The position numbers and the translations under genes were made by a program. From the NCBI GenBank assembly GCA_041891055.1, contig CP169074.1, positions 1 through 64,000 of the forward strand: a stretch of DNA of 64,000 nt, given 5' to 3'. This stretch comes from Halorutilales archaeon Cl-col2-1. GTDB taxonomy: Archaea > Halobacteriota > Halobacteria > Halobacteriales > Afararchaeaceae. Numbering within the stretch: the first letter of the stretch is position 1; the number at the start of each line of letters is the position of its first letter. Positions 17,579-27,607 of this stretch are shown here, in pieces. The notes under the pieces were generated by a model, which was not told the DNA's origin, did no database searches, and saw only the letters and a list, made by a program, of their open reading frames with translations.

Positions 17579-18259
17579 TCAGACCATGTTGCTCAGGACG
17601 TGTGAAACCGAAGCGACCGTCGTCTCCCAGACCGAGAATCCCGCCGTCACGCTCAGAGCAGTGTCAGCCGCGAAGAAGACGAAGAGAGCTGCACCCGCGT
17701 AATGTGCCTTCCTGACGTCGAAGCTGTGGGAGAACCTGTGGAAGAAGAAGGCGTTGGCTATGCTTACGGGAATTATAGCGAGCATCTCACCTACCCAGAT
17801 AGCGGGATGAGCACCGTACTGAGCCGCGAGTCCGATAGTCACTATCTGTGTCTTGTCTCCGAACTCTCCCGCAGCCATCATCACAAATATAGGAAGAAAA
17901 CCGCCCAGGTAGTCAGGGATGTCCCAGCCGAGTACGGAGACGTCGACGTCGTCGTAGACTTTCTCTGCCTCCTCTGGAGTTCCCGAGTCGGGGGCTGACC
18001 TGTATAGGAGCACGGCGAATACCACGAAGAGAGACGCGCTGAAGATGTCGAGGTAGAACTCGGGGAGTGCATCCTTGAGCGCGTTTCCGAGGAGTACCTC
18101 TAAGGCTGTCCAGCCGGCGAATGCGCTTCCGGCGGCGGAGACTACGACGAGAGGGTTGTACCTCGTCGACAGACCCGCTATTATGAGCTGAACCTTCTCG
18201 CCGGGCAGAACCGCTAGCTGTGTCGTGAAGGCTATTAGGAGTATTTCTGTCCAGTCCAT
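17579..18259 (-). CDS. TMEM165/GDT1 (UPF0016) Mn2+/Ca2+ transporter
   Basis: LPGEKVQ and GEFGDKTQ repeats of the E-x-G-D-K-T motif. Confidence 0.88.
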   Translation of the reverse strand: MDWTEILLIAFTTQLAVLPGEKVQLIIAGLSTRYNPLVVVSAAGSAFAGWTALEVLLGNALKDALPEFYLDIFSASLFVVFAVLLYRSAPDSGTPEEAEKVYDDVDVSVLGWDIPDYLGGFLPIFVMMAAGEFGDKTQIVTIGLAAQYGAHPAIWVGEMLAIIPVSIANAFFFHRFSHSFDVRKAHYAGAALFVFFAADTALSVTAGFSVWETTVASVSHVLSNMV

Positions 18260-18267
18260 CTTCTATT

Positions 18268-18975
18268 CTATGTAGTCCCGTGTTGAGACGTCTCTGACTC
18301 GGCTCCTCCCATCTTATCGGCGTTGCTCACGTAGATTCTCTCGGCTATCTCCTCAGGGAGCGACTGCTCACTCTCGTCCTCGACCTCGACGACTACCATG
18401 CCGATGGGAGCCACCTCGACTACCCTCACTACGGTTCCGGGGACTATTCCGGCGTCAGAGAGGTATCTCAGTTTCTCCTCGTCCCTGTCACTGACCCTCT
18501 CGACTACGACTGTCTCGCCCTCCGAGGAGTCCGACAGCGTCTGGGACGTCTCCTCTGTGACCGGGTCGAGGCTTTCGGTCGGTATCGGGTCGCCGTGTGG
18601 ATCGACCTCGGGATCATCGAGCGCCGAGGCAACCTTCCTCTCGAACTCCTCGCTGATATGGTGTTCTAAGACGTCCGCCTCGTCGTGTACATCGGTCCAA
18701 GAGTAGTCGAGGTACTCCGACAGGAAGGTCTCCAAGAGACGGTGATGACGGACAGTTTCGAGTGCGACCTTCCGCCCCTTCTCGGTCAGCCTTACACCCT
18801 CGTACTTCTTCCTGTCGATGAGGCTCCTGTCCTCTAGCTTCTCCATTCCGCTCGTCACCGTCGGGGACGTCACCCCGAGGTGGTCGGCTATCGACGATGT
18901 CTTGACACGCGAACCCGCCTCGTCTTCGAGTTCGTAGATCGCCTTGAGGTAGTCCTCCATAGATGCACTTATCAT
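18268..18975 (-). CDS. DtxR/MntR (SirR-like) metal-dependent regulator with FeoA domain
   Basis: MEDYLKAIY, VRHHRLLETFL, EADVLEHHIS, DPHGDPIP. Confidence 0.93.
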   Translation of the reverse strand: MISASMEDYLKAIYELEDEAGSRVKTSSIADHLGVTSPTVTSGMEKLEDRSLIDRKKYEGVRLTEKGRKVALETVRHHRLLETFLSEYLDYSWTDVHDEADVLEHHISEEFERKVASALDDPEVDPHGDPIPTESLDPVTEETSQTLSDSSEGETVVVERVSDRDEEKLRYLSDAGIVPGTVVRVVEVAPIGMVVVEVEDESEQSLPEEIAERIYVSNADKMGGAESETSQHGTT

Positions 18976-18984
18976 ATAAGCTAT

Positions 18985-18998
18985 TTAGACGCGTCTAA
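18985..18998. promoter_or_regulatory. DtxR/MntR-type operator
   Basis: Perfect palindrome TTAGACGCGTCTAA 10 bp upstream of the regulator start; fits TTAG-N6-CTAA DtxR-family boxes. Confidence 0.65.
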
Positions 18999-19236
18999 TG
19001 ATAAGTATTGTGGAGGCTAAATACACTCGCGCTAAACCAGTCTCACCTGGATGTGATCTCTAATGTGGGGGGAAAGCAATAGGTTATGCCGGCTCACTTT
19101 GGGTTTGTCGAGGTGGGGTTTGGGGAAACTTCTCGAATCTATGCCGGCACTCGGTAATTAGACCGTATGTATACTAAGTCTGTTGTCAGAGGTAATTATT
19201 GGAATAGGACGAGAACAGATGTAATTATTGCCGGAA

Positions 19237-20703
19237 CTACACTCCGTATATCTCGCCGAACTTATCCTCGGCGTATTCGACGAAGGGATTGACGTTGAGG
19301 TCGTCGCCCGTGACACGTCTTATGAGGTCGTCAGTCTCGTACCGCTTGCCGTGTTGGTGTATCTCGTCCTTGAGCCAGTCCCTGAGGTGTGAGAAGTTGC
19401 CTCGGCTTATCTTACCATTGAGGTCTTCTATCTCGTCGTCGGCGGCGTCGAAGACCTGTGCGGCGAGGACTGAGCCGAGCGAGTAGGTCGGGAAGTAGCC
19501 GAAGCTTCCGTGTGACCAGTGTATGTCCTGGAGACAGCCCTCGGCGTCGTCCTCGGGTCTTATTCCGAGGTACTCCTCGACCTTGTCGTTCCAGATCCCA
19601 GGGACTTCGTCGACCTCTATCTCTCCACGTATCAGGTCTTTCTCTATCTCGAACCTCAGTACTATATGCATGTGGTAGGTGAGTTCGTCCGACTCGACAC
19701 GTATGGGATGGGGGGAGACCTCGTTGACTGACCGGTAGAGGGCACCGGGAGAGACTTCGGTCTCCAGGGTTTCGTTCAGCTTAGGCGCGAAGTAGTCCCA
19801 GAAGGCGCGCGACCGTCCGACGTGGTTCTCCCAGAGGCGCGACTGTGACTCGTGTACTGTGAGGTCGCGCGCCTCCGACAGGGGTGTTGCATAGCCTTCG
19901 TCGGGTAGACCCTGTATGTAGAGGGCGTGTCCCATCTCGTGTACAGTAGACATGAGTGAGTCGAGCGGCTTAGTGAACCTCGTGGTCACACGTGCGTCGA
20001 ATGTGTTGCCTGAGGTGAAAGGATGGGGTGAGGTGTCGAGCCTCCCGCGCGAGAAGTCGTATCCCATCTCTTCGAGAGCCGTCTCGGCGAGCTTCCTCTG
20101 TCTCTCGTCGGTGTACTCCGACCCAAGCACTTTCTCGACCTCGACTTCCGACTCCCTTATGTCGTCGATGAGAGGCTTGATAGCGTCTCTGAGGTTGGTC
20201 AGAACTCTCTCAGCGGTTTCGAGGTCAATGTAGGGCTCGAAGTCGTCGAATAGAACTGCGTAGGGGTCTCTGTCGGGGTCTATCTCCTCGGCGTACTCCC
20301 TCTTGAGTTCGACGAGTCTTTCTAGAGTTGGCGCGAACTCGTCGAAGTCGCTCTTCTCACGCGCCTTCTTCCAGACGGGATGTGCGCGCGAAGAGGTGTC
20401 TGATATCTCCTCGACGATCTCGTCGGGAACCTCGACCGACCTCGTGTACTCGCGCTGAATCTCTCTCATGACTGCCTTCTCTTCTTCTCCATTCGGCTCG
20501 ACGGAGTCGAGTATCTCACCCGTCTCGTCGTCGGTCAGTATCTCGTGTTTGATCGAGGAGAGAGTCGAGAGTTCCTGTGCGCGCGCCTCGATTCCTTTTT
20601 CGGGCATCATGACCTCCTGATCCCAGTTAAGCACCGACGAGGCGTTCTCGACGTTACGTATACGTCTCACCCTGTCGACGAGGTCGTCGTAGTCGTACTC
20701 CAT
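19237..20703 (-). CDS. Carboxypeptidase M32 (Taq family)
   Basis: HPF, DARVTTR, HEMGH, HESQS, IRVESDE, GCLQDIHWS, GYFPTYSLG. Confidence 0.95.
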   Translation of the reverse strand: MEYDYDDLVDRVRRIRNVENASSVLNWDQEVMMPEKGIEARAQELSTLSSIKHEILTDDETGEILDSVEPNGEEEKAVMREIQREYTRSVEVPDEIVEEISDTSSRAHPVWKKAREKSDFDEFAPTLERLVELKREYAEEIDPDRDPYAVLFDDFEPYIDLETAERVLTNLRDAIKPLIDDIRESEVEVEKVLGSEYTDERQRKLAETALEEMGYDFSRGRLDTSPHPFTSGNTFDARVTTRFTKPLDSLMSTVHEMGHALYIQGLPDEGYATPLSEARDLTVHESQSRLWENHVGRSRAFWDYFAPKLNETLETEVSPGALYRSVNEVSPHPIRVESDELTYHMHIVLRFEIEKDLIRGEIEVDEVPGIWNDKVEEYLGIRPEDDAEGCLQDIHWSHGSFGYFPTYSLGSVLAAQVFDAADDEIEDLNGKISRGNFSHLRDWLKDEIHQHGKRYETDDLIRRVTGDDLNVNPFVEYAEDKFGEIYGV

Positions 20704-20763
20704 ATTTCGCTTAGTTCCCCCCGAATAATAGGATTTATCTTACTCGCGTAACAAGTTCGTCGT

Positions 20764-21048
20764 ATGTCTGAAGATGAGACTAAGGGGAACGTAACGCGTA
20801 GCGCGGGACGTTTCGGAGCGCGTTACGGACGCGTGGCTCGGAAACGCGTCGCCGACATAGAGGACGAGATGAACAAGGATCACGACTGTCCCGACTGTGG
20901 TGCCGAGAAGGTCAGCCGTACCGACACCGGGATCTGGGAGTGTGGCAAGTGTGGATACCGTTTTACCGGCGGAAGCTACCAGGTAGAGACACCCGCTGGA
21001 AGACGCGCGGAGCTATCCATAGAGGAAGCCGTAGAAGAACAGAACTAA
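20764..21048 (+). CDS. rpl37ae: 50S ribosomal protein L37Ae (eL43)
   Basis: SAGRFGARYG, CPDC..GIWECGKC..FTGGSY. Confidence 0.96.
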   Translation: MSEDETKGNVTRSAGRFGARYGRVARKRVADIEDEMNKDHDCPDCGAEKVSRTDTGIWECGKCGYRFTGGSYQVETPAGRRAELSIEEAVEEQN

Positions 21049-21060
21049 TCTAATCTCACA

Positions 21061-21195
21061 ATGGCATACAGATGCGCGCGCTGTAAGAGGAGTATAGAGC
21101 TTGAGGGAAGAAGTAGCGTGCGCTGTCCCTACTGCGGTCACCGTATACTTCTCAAGGAGCGCGGTGGCGGAATCAAGAAGGTCGATGTCCACTGA
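21061..21195 (+). CDS. rpoP: RNA polymerase subunit P (Rpo12), not in the ORF track
   Basis: [44 protein letters not shown]; conserved eL43-rpoP-pcc1 synteny. Confidence 0.95.
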   Translation: MAYRCARCKRSIELEGRSSVRCPYCGHRILLKERGGGIKKVDVH

Positions 21196-21514
21196 CTCCT
21201 CTGAGCACAGCATATCCATAACTCTCGACGGCTCCGGCTTCGACAACCACAGTTACGACCTCGAATCTGTCTACCTCTCTCTTCTACCCGAAGTGGGTGA
21301 CATAGACGGTGACTCGGAGACAACTGTCGAGTACGACGTTCATCAACCGGAGATTGACGCCCAAGCAGGTCAAAGATTCCCAGACGCCGACCAAGGCTGT
21401 CTGAGGATAGAAGTCGAAGCCGACAGCCTGACGTCGCTGAGAGCGGGGCTCAACACGTGGCTGCGTCTCGCGCGTACCGCGAATGAGGTTCTGTCTCTGT
21501 CGACCTCCGACTGA
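21185..21514 (+). CDS. pcc1: KEOPS subunit Pcc1 with a probable 16-aa insertion; start ATG 21185
   Basis: [33 protein letters not shown]; synteny. Confidence 0.85.
   Translation: MSTDSSEHSISITLDGSGFDNHSYDLESVYLSLLPEVGDIDGDSETTVEYDVHQPEIDAQAGQRFPDADQGCLRIEVEADSLTSLRAGLNTWLRLARTANEVLSLSTSD
21339..21386. mobile_element. Decayed 48-bp double-hairpin element inserted in frame in pcc1
   Basis: GACG direct repeat (21335-38 / 21383-86); TT-CATCAACC gga GATTGACG-cccaag-CAGGTC aaa GATTCC; same layout as the mat insertion. Confidence 0.6.
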
Positions 21515-21575
21515 GTAACGTCTCAGACTCTTAATACCAGTACTCTTTTCAACTTTCCACTCACTCTTTACGTCC

Positions 21576-21965
21576 ATGGATCAAGCACTTCCGCCCGAGG
21601 CTCAGGAGAAGCTAGAGAAGATACAGGAGTTACAGGAACAGATTGAACAGATCTCCGTACAGAAGACGGAGTCTGAGAAGGAGATAGACGACACAGAGAG
21701 AGCACTCGAAACCCTCCGCGATACAGACGAGGGTACAGAGGTTCACCGTTCTGTCGGCAACGTCATGGTCAAGGCTGACAGACAGGAGACGATAGACGAG
21801 CTTGAGGAGAAGCAGGAGAGTCTCGAAGTACGTATAGAGTCGCTCAAGAAGAAGGAGGAGAAGGCAGAGGAGCAGTTCGAGAACCTCCAGGAAGATCTCC
21901 AGCAGATGCTCGGCGGAATGGGCGGAGGAATGATGGGCGGTGCGGGCGGCCCCGGCGCTCAGTAG
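21576..21965 (+). CDS. pfdB: Prefoldin beta subunit
   Basis: LPPEAQEK, VHRSVGNVMVK coiled-coil hairpin, Gly/Met tail. Confidence 0.93.
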   Translation: MDQALPPEAQEKLEKIQELQEQIEQISVQKTESEKEIDDTERALETLRDTDEGTEVHRSVGNVMVKADRQETIDELEEKQESLEVRIESLKKKEEKAEEQFENLQEDLQQMLGGMGGGMMGGAGGPGAQ

Positions 21966-21995
21966 ACGTAGAGTAGACACACCTTTTCTACTTCG

Positions 21996-22616
21996 TTAAT
22001 TAAGTAAAATCCGTCTCAGTTCCTCGACGTACTCGTCGTACGAGTAGCCGAGGCGCGAGAGCCAGATGTCCTGGTACGAGGGATGTAGAACAGGAACCAC
22101 CGACACCCCAAGCGAGTCACAGTCTACGGCTTCGAGGACTGAGTCGACGAATCCGTCTAACTCCTTGCCCTCCTTTTCGAGGACGAGATTCGTCGAGTGC
22201 TTCCCTGTCGTGACTACGACTTCGGGATCTATCTCGTCTAACTCGTTCTTGAGATGTGTCCAGCAGTTTTCGAGTTCGCCACGCGCAGGCTCACGGTTCG
22301 AGTCGCCGTCCTCTTCCTCTGGGAAACACTTGACTGCGTTGGTGTAGTAGACGTCTTCGACACCAGCGTCCGACATCAGGTCACGTACCTTCTGTCCTGA
22401 GTGGCGCGACGTGTAGGCGAGACCCGTCCAGTTGCCTCCTCTCCATCTCTCGGCGTCGGGGTTTCCCTTCCCCGGGGCTTCTCCTACGACGATAACCCTC
22501 GCGTCTTCGGCTCCGTTGCCCCACGAGATACAGTTGCGTGACTCGACGAGCGACGGACATCTCTCACAGCCCTCCTCAAGGACGTTTCTCGTCTTCGGAT
22601 CGGGAAAGTCGGGCAT
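21996..22616 (-). CDS. Uracil-DNA glycosylase, family 4-like (start ATG 22616)
   Basis: CERCPSL..R, VGEAPG, YYTNAVKC, LHPSY. Confidence 0.88.
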   Translation of the reverse strand: MPDFPDPKTRNVLEEGCERCPSLVESRNCISWGNGAEDARVIVVGEAPGKGNPDAERWRGGNWTGLAYTSRHSGQKVRDLMSDAGVEDVYYTNAVKCFPEEEDGDSNREPARGELENCWTHLKNELDEIDPEVVVTTGKHSTNLVLEKEGKELDGFVDSVLEAVDCDSLGVSVVPVLHPSYQDIWLSRLGYSYDEYVEELRRILLN

Positions 22617-22617
22617 C

Positions 22618-23925
22618 TTAGTTCTTGACCGAGTGTATCGGAGCGGGTATACGTCCACCTCTCTGTACGAAGTCGGCGCTCGATGCCTCCGAGACTTCCA
22701 TTACGGGAACTTCTCCTAAGAGACCGCCTAAGTCTATCGAGTCTCCCTCGACGCCTCCGGGTATGACACGTACCCCTGTCGTCTTGTTGTTGACGACGCC
22801 GATCGAGCATTCGTCGAGTATTATCCCCGCGAGCTTCTCGGTCGTCGTAGACTCAGGGACTGCGAACATGTCTAGACCCACGCTACAGACACTCGTCATG
22901 GCTTCGAGCTTTTCGAGAGACAGCGTGCCATCTTCCACCCCATGTCTCATTCCTCTGTCCTCGCTCACGGGTATGAAAGCCCCTGAGAGACCGCCGACGT
23001 ACGATGACGCCATCACGCCGCCCTTCTTGACGGCGTCGTTGAGGAGTGCGACCGCCGCAGTCGTGCCGTGTGCCCCGACCTGTTCGAGACCCATCTCCTC
23101 CAAGATGTCGGCGATAGAGTCACCCACCGCGGGAGTCGGAGCGAGTGATAGATCTATTATACCGAACTCGGTTCCGAGGCTATCTGCTGTCTCTCTTCCG
23201 ATCAGGTCGCCCGCACGCGTAATCTTGAAAGCGGTTCTCTTTATCCTCTCTGATACCTCTCCGAGGTCGCCTTCGTAGTCTTCGAGCGCTGAACGTACGA
23301 CCCCGGGACCCGATATTCCGACGTTGAGTGCAGTCTCTGGCTCGCCCTCACCGTGGAAAGCGCCCGCCATGAACGGATTGTCGGGAGGAGCGTTAGCGAA
23401 GGTAACCAGACGCGCCGCTGCCTCGGGACTTCTCTCGGCGACGTCGTGGACTGCCTCTCCCATTATACGCGCCGCCTCGGCGTTTATCCCTGACTTCGTA
23501 GTGGCTATGTTGACGCTAGAACAGACGCGCTCTGTCGAGTCGAGAGCCTCGGGGAGAGCCTCAATGACCGCCTTGTCGCCCTCCGTAAAACCCTTCTCGA
23601 CGAGAGCACCGAATCCCCCGAGGAAGTCGATTCCTATCTCGTCGGCGGCGTCGTCGAGTGCGCACGCGATGTCTACGGGATCGGCGTCGTCTAAGACAGA
23701 TCCCACGGGAGTAACACTGACACGTTTGTTGACTATCGGGACGCCGTACTTCGACGAGACCGCCTCCGCCTCGTCGACGAGCGAGCCGCCTTCCTCGACG
23801 ACCCTGTCGTAGACATCGTCGGGGTCATCCGATCTCAGACGTATCCCGAGTGTCACGGTACGTATATCGAGCATGTCGTCGTCGACCATCTCGACGGTCT
23901 CTATTATCTCGTCACTGCTGAACAT
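22618..23925 (-). CDS. UPF0210/DUF711 PFL-like protein
   Basis: LDIRTVTLGI, VNKRVSVTP, DNPFMAGAFHG, DLSLAPTP, KLEAMTSVCSVGLDM, GGRIPAPIHS. Confidence 0.93.
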   Translation of the reverse strand: MFSSDEIIETVEMVDDDMLDIRTVTLGIRLRSDDPDDVYDRVVEEGGSLVDEAEAVSSKYGVPIVNKRVSVTPVGSVLDDADPVDIACALDDAADEIGIDFLGGFGALVEKGFTEGDKAVIEALPEALDSTERVCSSVNIATTKSGINAEAARIMGEAVHDVAERSPEAAARLVTFANAPPDNPFMAGAFHGEGEPETALNVGISGPGVVRSALEDYEGDLGEVSERIKRTAFKITRAGDLIGRETADSLGTEFGIIDLSLAPTPAVGDSIADILEEMGLEQVGAHGTTAAVALLNDAVKKGGVMASSYVGGLSGAFIPVSEDRGMRHGVEDGTLSLEKLEAMTSVCSVGLDMFAVPESTTTEKLAGIILDECSIGVVNNKTTGVRVIPGGVEGDSIDLGGLLGEVPVMEVSEASSADFVQRGGRIPAPIHSVKN

Positions 23926-23970
23926 ACATGGGAGACGTACCGCGGAGACAAAAAACGACCCTATCCTACT

Positions 23971-24837
23971 TCACTCGACCCACGTCTTCGCGAACGAGTC
24001 GAAGAAGTCGTCTCCGGTATTCACGACGACGTGGCGCGCGAGTACCTCGTCGGATATCTCGTCTATACTGCTTATGTGGTTCTCGAGACGGTTCTGGTAG
24101 GTCGTCTTGAGTCTGTTACTGAAGTAAGTACGTAGACTCGTGTCGGACTCTAGAGCCTCGAATATCGTGTCCCCCCTCGCGGGAAGCTCGCGCTCGTCGG
24201 GTGCTATGACGTGTGCGAGTGTGACGTCGTGTTTGGCAAGAGCGCTCAGACCCTCGGCTATACCGTCGGTGTCACCGAGGAAGTCGCTTGCTATCAGGAC
24301 GAGAGACTTCGATCCTATAGTCGACTCGTACTCCTCGAACGACTTCCGGAAGTCGGTTCTTCCCTCTAGCTCCTCGCCCTCCTCGTTGAGTAGGTCTATG
24401 AGACGGAGTATCTCTCCCCTGTTCGAGCCTCCTGTGTCGAGCCTCTTGAAGCCGTCACCGAACACAGATACTCGGAAGTCGTTGTTCTCGTCGGCGGCGA
24501 GGTATGCGAATCCAAGACCTATCTTGGCGGCGTACTCGAACTTGTTGTCGTCTCCCTCGCCGAACCCCATCGAACGGCTCGCGTCTATGAGGACGTGTAT
24601 GGTGAGGTTCCTCTCCTCCTCGAACTGCTTTATGTAGAGCTCCTCGGTTCGGGCGTAGACTCGCCAGTCTATGAGACGCGTGTCGTCGCCCGGCGTGTAG
24701 TTGCGGTAGTCGCTGAAGGTCAGACCCTCACCTAGCTCCTTCGACTCCTGTTCGCCCTGGAATATCGAGTTGACCTCCTTCTTGAGAGCGGCGTCGAACC
24801 GCGCGAGTTCGTCGAGGAAGTCGGGCTGTATTGCCAT
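23971..24837 (-). CDS. DUF58 protein (MoxR-associated, vWA-like)
   Basis: FSDYRNYTPGDDTRLIDWRVYART, LIDASRSM, IASDF. Confidence 0.92.
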   Translation of the reverse strand: MAIQPDFLDELARFDAALKKEVNSIFQGEQESKELGEGLTFSDYRNYTPGDDTRLIDWRVYARTEELYIKQFEEERNLTIHVLIDASRSMGFGEGDDNKFEYAAKIGLGFAYLAADENNDFRVSVFGDGFKRLDTGGSNRGEILRLIDLLNEEGEELEGRTDFRKSFEEYESTIGSKSLVLIASDFLGDTDGIAEGLSALAKHDVTLAHVIAPDERELPARGDTIFEALESDTSLRTYFSNRLKTTYQNRLENHISSIDEISDEVLARHVVVNTGDDFFDSFAKTWVE

Positions 24838-24853
24838 TCTACTATCTCTACTC

Positions 24854-27607
24854 TTACAGCAGGTTCTCTATCGCGTCGTCCTCTGTAACTCCCTCGCGCT
24901 CCGCTCTGAAGTCGACTATTATACGGTGTCGGAGTACAGGAGGAGCCATAGCCTCTATGTCCTCCTCGCTGACGTGTGTGCGTCCCCTGAGGAGTGCGCG
25001 AGCCTTCGACGCGAGGACTAAACCCATGCTCGCACGTGGACTAGCGCCGTACTCTATCTGTTCGTCGTCACGCGTGTCGCCGACTATCCTTATCGCCTTG
25101 TCACGCAGGTCGTCGGCTATCGGAACCTGACGTGTGAGCTCCTGTATCTTCTGAAGCTCGTGCTGATCCATGACCTTCTGAAGCTGTATATTGTCGTCGA
25201 GACTCTTAGTGTACCTGTCGACTATCTCGACCTCCTCGTCGAAAGACGGGTAGTCGAGGACTATCTTCATCAGGAATCTGTCCGACTGAGCCTCTGGGAG
25301 AGGGTAGGTGTTGTGGTTAACCCCACACGCACCAAGTCCTGCGACGTAGTTGTGGCTCCCCGGGACTGAGAGACCTATGACAGAACCCTCGTACTCCTCC
25401 TCCTCTATCTGGGTGATGGGGTCGTAGAAGACGTCTGAGCCGACTAGTTCTCTGAGATACTCGGTCAGGTTTTCGGCTTCCTCAACACGTGACGAGTACT
25501 CGTCGGCGACGTACTCGACGGCTTCGGGCTCTTCCCTCTCGCCCTCGTAGGTCTTCCAGACTGCGTGTTTCGAGAGCGAGGTATTCTCGACTACCTGTGT
25601 CATCGAGACTCCACAGCCGTCTGCTATCTCACCCACATCCATTTCGTCTATCTCGGCGTTCTTTCTCTCATCGACCGTCTCCTCCATCTCAGTCACGAAC
25701 GAGTCGAGGTAGGAGTTAGCCATACGGTCGCGTTTCGTACGTGCCCATCTGTACGAGTTGTACCAGTCCTTCGAAGACACGTCGTCTACGCCGAGCATCT
25801 CGACGAGCCTCTCGGCTGCTTCGGAGTCGACAGGCGTGGTTCTGTGTGCCGAGTCGAACTCCTCGGCGTCAACGTCGGGTTCGTCACCTCGCCACTCGAA
25901 CTCTTCGGTGTACTTAGCTACGTCCTCGCCCTGTATACGTATCTCGTATGCGTCCTCTCTCTCGTATATCCACGGCAGTATACCGAAGCTGAGGAGAAGA
26001 TGTGCGACGAGGTTCGTAGTCTCCCTGTCCTTCTGTTTGAACGTGATTCTCCTCCTCTCACCGTCGAAGTGTGACTCGGTGAGTACGAATATCTCAAGGA
26101 ACGACCTCCTGAACTCCTCGGGTGCGCGCAGAAGACGGTTCGGCTCGTCTATGCTGTAACGTTCTCTGAGGTAGTCGACGAAGGGCTTCGAACTGATCTT
26201 GACTTCCTTTCCTCCTTTCTGTCTCGTCGTGTAGTCGAGTCCCAGTCTCTCGGCTATACCGATCCATCTTTCGAGCTTCTCAGTCAGGTTCTTCTGTGTG
26301 ACTCTCACCCCTGTGTCGGAGACTGATCCCTCGGCGAGAACGAATCCCACGAAGAAGCCCGCCTCCTCGTCGGTCATCTCGTCGTCGAATCTGTGTACCG
26401 TATGAGACTCGACGTAGTCGGCTTCTCTAATCTCAGAGTCTCGAAGAGCCTCACGTATCTCTTCACCGACTCTTGTCTGAGTTCTGGAGCCGTCGAGATG
26501 TCTCAGAACCTCGTCGTACGACGCCGACGTTATCTGAGACAGCTCCTTCTTCGAGAGACCCGACGCTGTCCTCAGACTGTCGAGTTCGTCGTGTGAGAGG
26601 TCTTTGTCCGCCCTCAGACGCTCGGTGAGACTCGTCACCTCGTCACGTCTCACGACACTGTACTCATCCCTGTCCGAGACTGAGTCGAGTGCTTCGTCGT
26701 GGCTCACGAACTCGCCGCTTCCTAACTCTAGCTTACGCGGTGTCACTAGATGGTCGCCCTCGTCGAGGTTGCGCGCCTTGACCCAGCTTATGACTCCCGA
26801 CCTGTTGACGAGGAAGGGATGGTTGTCCGAGACACGTATACGTCTCCCAGTCTTAGTCTCGAAGCTGTATATTTCGCCCTCGTAATCCTTCTCGTAGACC
26901 ATACAGTCGGTCTCGACCATCTCTCCCTCAGGATTCAGCGTCTGTGTCGTGGCGTCGATGTCGTAGAGACGCATCTCCACCCCGTCTCCTTCATCCGTCT
27001 CCGTCTCTGTCTCTCTCTCGTGTACCACCTCACCGTTCTGTCTCGCGTGTTCGAGTGCTTCGCTCGCTTTCCAGAGCTTACCGTTCATGTAGAGACTCTC
27101 GTCGGGATGTAGACTCCCTTCCTGGTCTATCGGGTTCTGTGTCGCGAGAACGAAGAAAGGGCGCGGCAGGTCGTAGGTATCACCGCTCGCAGTGACCTGT
27201 TTCTCCTGCATGGCTTCGAGGAGTGCTGCCTGTGTCTTAGGCGTCGCCCTGTTTATCTCGTCTGCGAGGACGATGTTGGCGAATATGGGACCTTTCTGGA
27301 ACTCGAACTCCTTCCTCGTCCCTGTGTCACGTATGACCTCCGTCCCGGTTATGTCCGACGGCATCAGGTCGGGGGTATTCTGTATACGTGAGAAATCGAG
27401 ATCTATGACGTCCGAGATAGTCCGTATCATCAGAGTCTTACCCAGACCCGGGTTACTCTCAAGCAGAGCGTTTCCGTCACATAACATCGTGGCGAGAACC
27501 TGTTCGAGAACCTCGTCCTGACCCACTATCTTCTTCGCTACCTCGTCCTTTACCTTCTGCATCTTCGACTGTACCTGTTGTAAGTTGTGAGAAGACCTGT
27601 CAGCCAT
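24854..27607 (-). CDS. moxR: MoxR AAA+ ATPase precursor containing an intein (spliced product about 315 aa)
   Basis: ESNPGLGKT Walker [46 protein letters not shown]|...|[19 protein letters not shown]. Confidence 0.93.
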   Translation of the reverse strand: MADRSSHNLQQVQSKMQKVKDEVAKKIVGQDEVLEQVLATMLCDGNALLESNPGLGKTLMIRTISDVIDLDFSRIQNTPDLMPSDITGTEVIRDTGTRKEFEFQKGPIFANIVLADEINRATPKTQAALLEAMQEKQVTASGDTYDLPRPFFVLATQNPIDQEGSLHPDESLYMNGKLWKASEALEHARQNGEVVHERETETETDEGDGVEMRLYDIDATTQTLNPEGEMVETDCMVYEKDYEGEIYSFETKTGRRIRVSDNHPFLVNRSGVISWVKARNLDEGDHLVTPRKLELGSGEFVSHDEALDSVSDRDEYSVVRRDEVTSLTERLRADKDLSHDELDSLRTASGLSKKELSQITSASYDEVLRHLDGSRTQTRVGEEIREALRDSEIREADYVESHTVHRFDDEMTDEEAGFFVGFVLAEGSVSDTGVRVTQKNLTEKLERWIGIAERLGLDYTTRQKGGKEVKISSKPFVDYLRERYSIDEPNRLLRAPEEFRRSFLEIFVLTESHFDGERRRITFKQKDRETTNLVAHLLLSFGILPWIYEREDAYEIRIQGEDVAKYTEEFEWRGDEPDVDAEEFDSAHRTTPVDSEAAERLVEMLGVDDVSSKDWYNSYRWARTKRDRMANSYLDSFVTEMEETVDERKNAEIDEMDVGEIADGCGVSMTQVVENTSLSKHAVWKTYEGEREEPEAVEYVADEYSSRVEEAENLTEYLRELVGSDVFYDPITQIEEEEYEGSVIGLSVPGSHNYVAGLGACGVNHNTYPLPEAQSDRFLMKIVLDYPSFDEEVEIVDRYTKSLDDNIQLQKVMDQHELQKIQELTRQVPIADDLRDKAIRIVGDTRDDEQIEYGASPRASMGLVLASKARALLRGRTHVSEEDIEAMAPPVLRHRIIVDFRAEREGVTEDDAIENLL
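25310..27115 (-). mobile_element. 602-aa intein with LAGLIDADG homing endonuclease and two HTH-like inserts
   Basis: Begins SLHPDES, block B SDNHPF, LAGLIDADG-like [12 protein letters not shown] and [13 protein letters not shown], ends HNYVAG..VNHN followed by +1 Thr; removal restores [11 protein letters not shown]. Confidence 0.93.
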
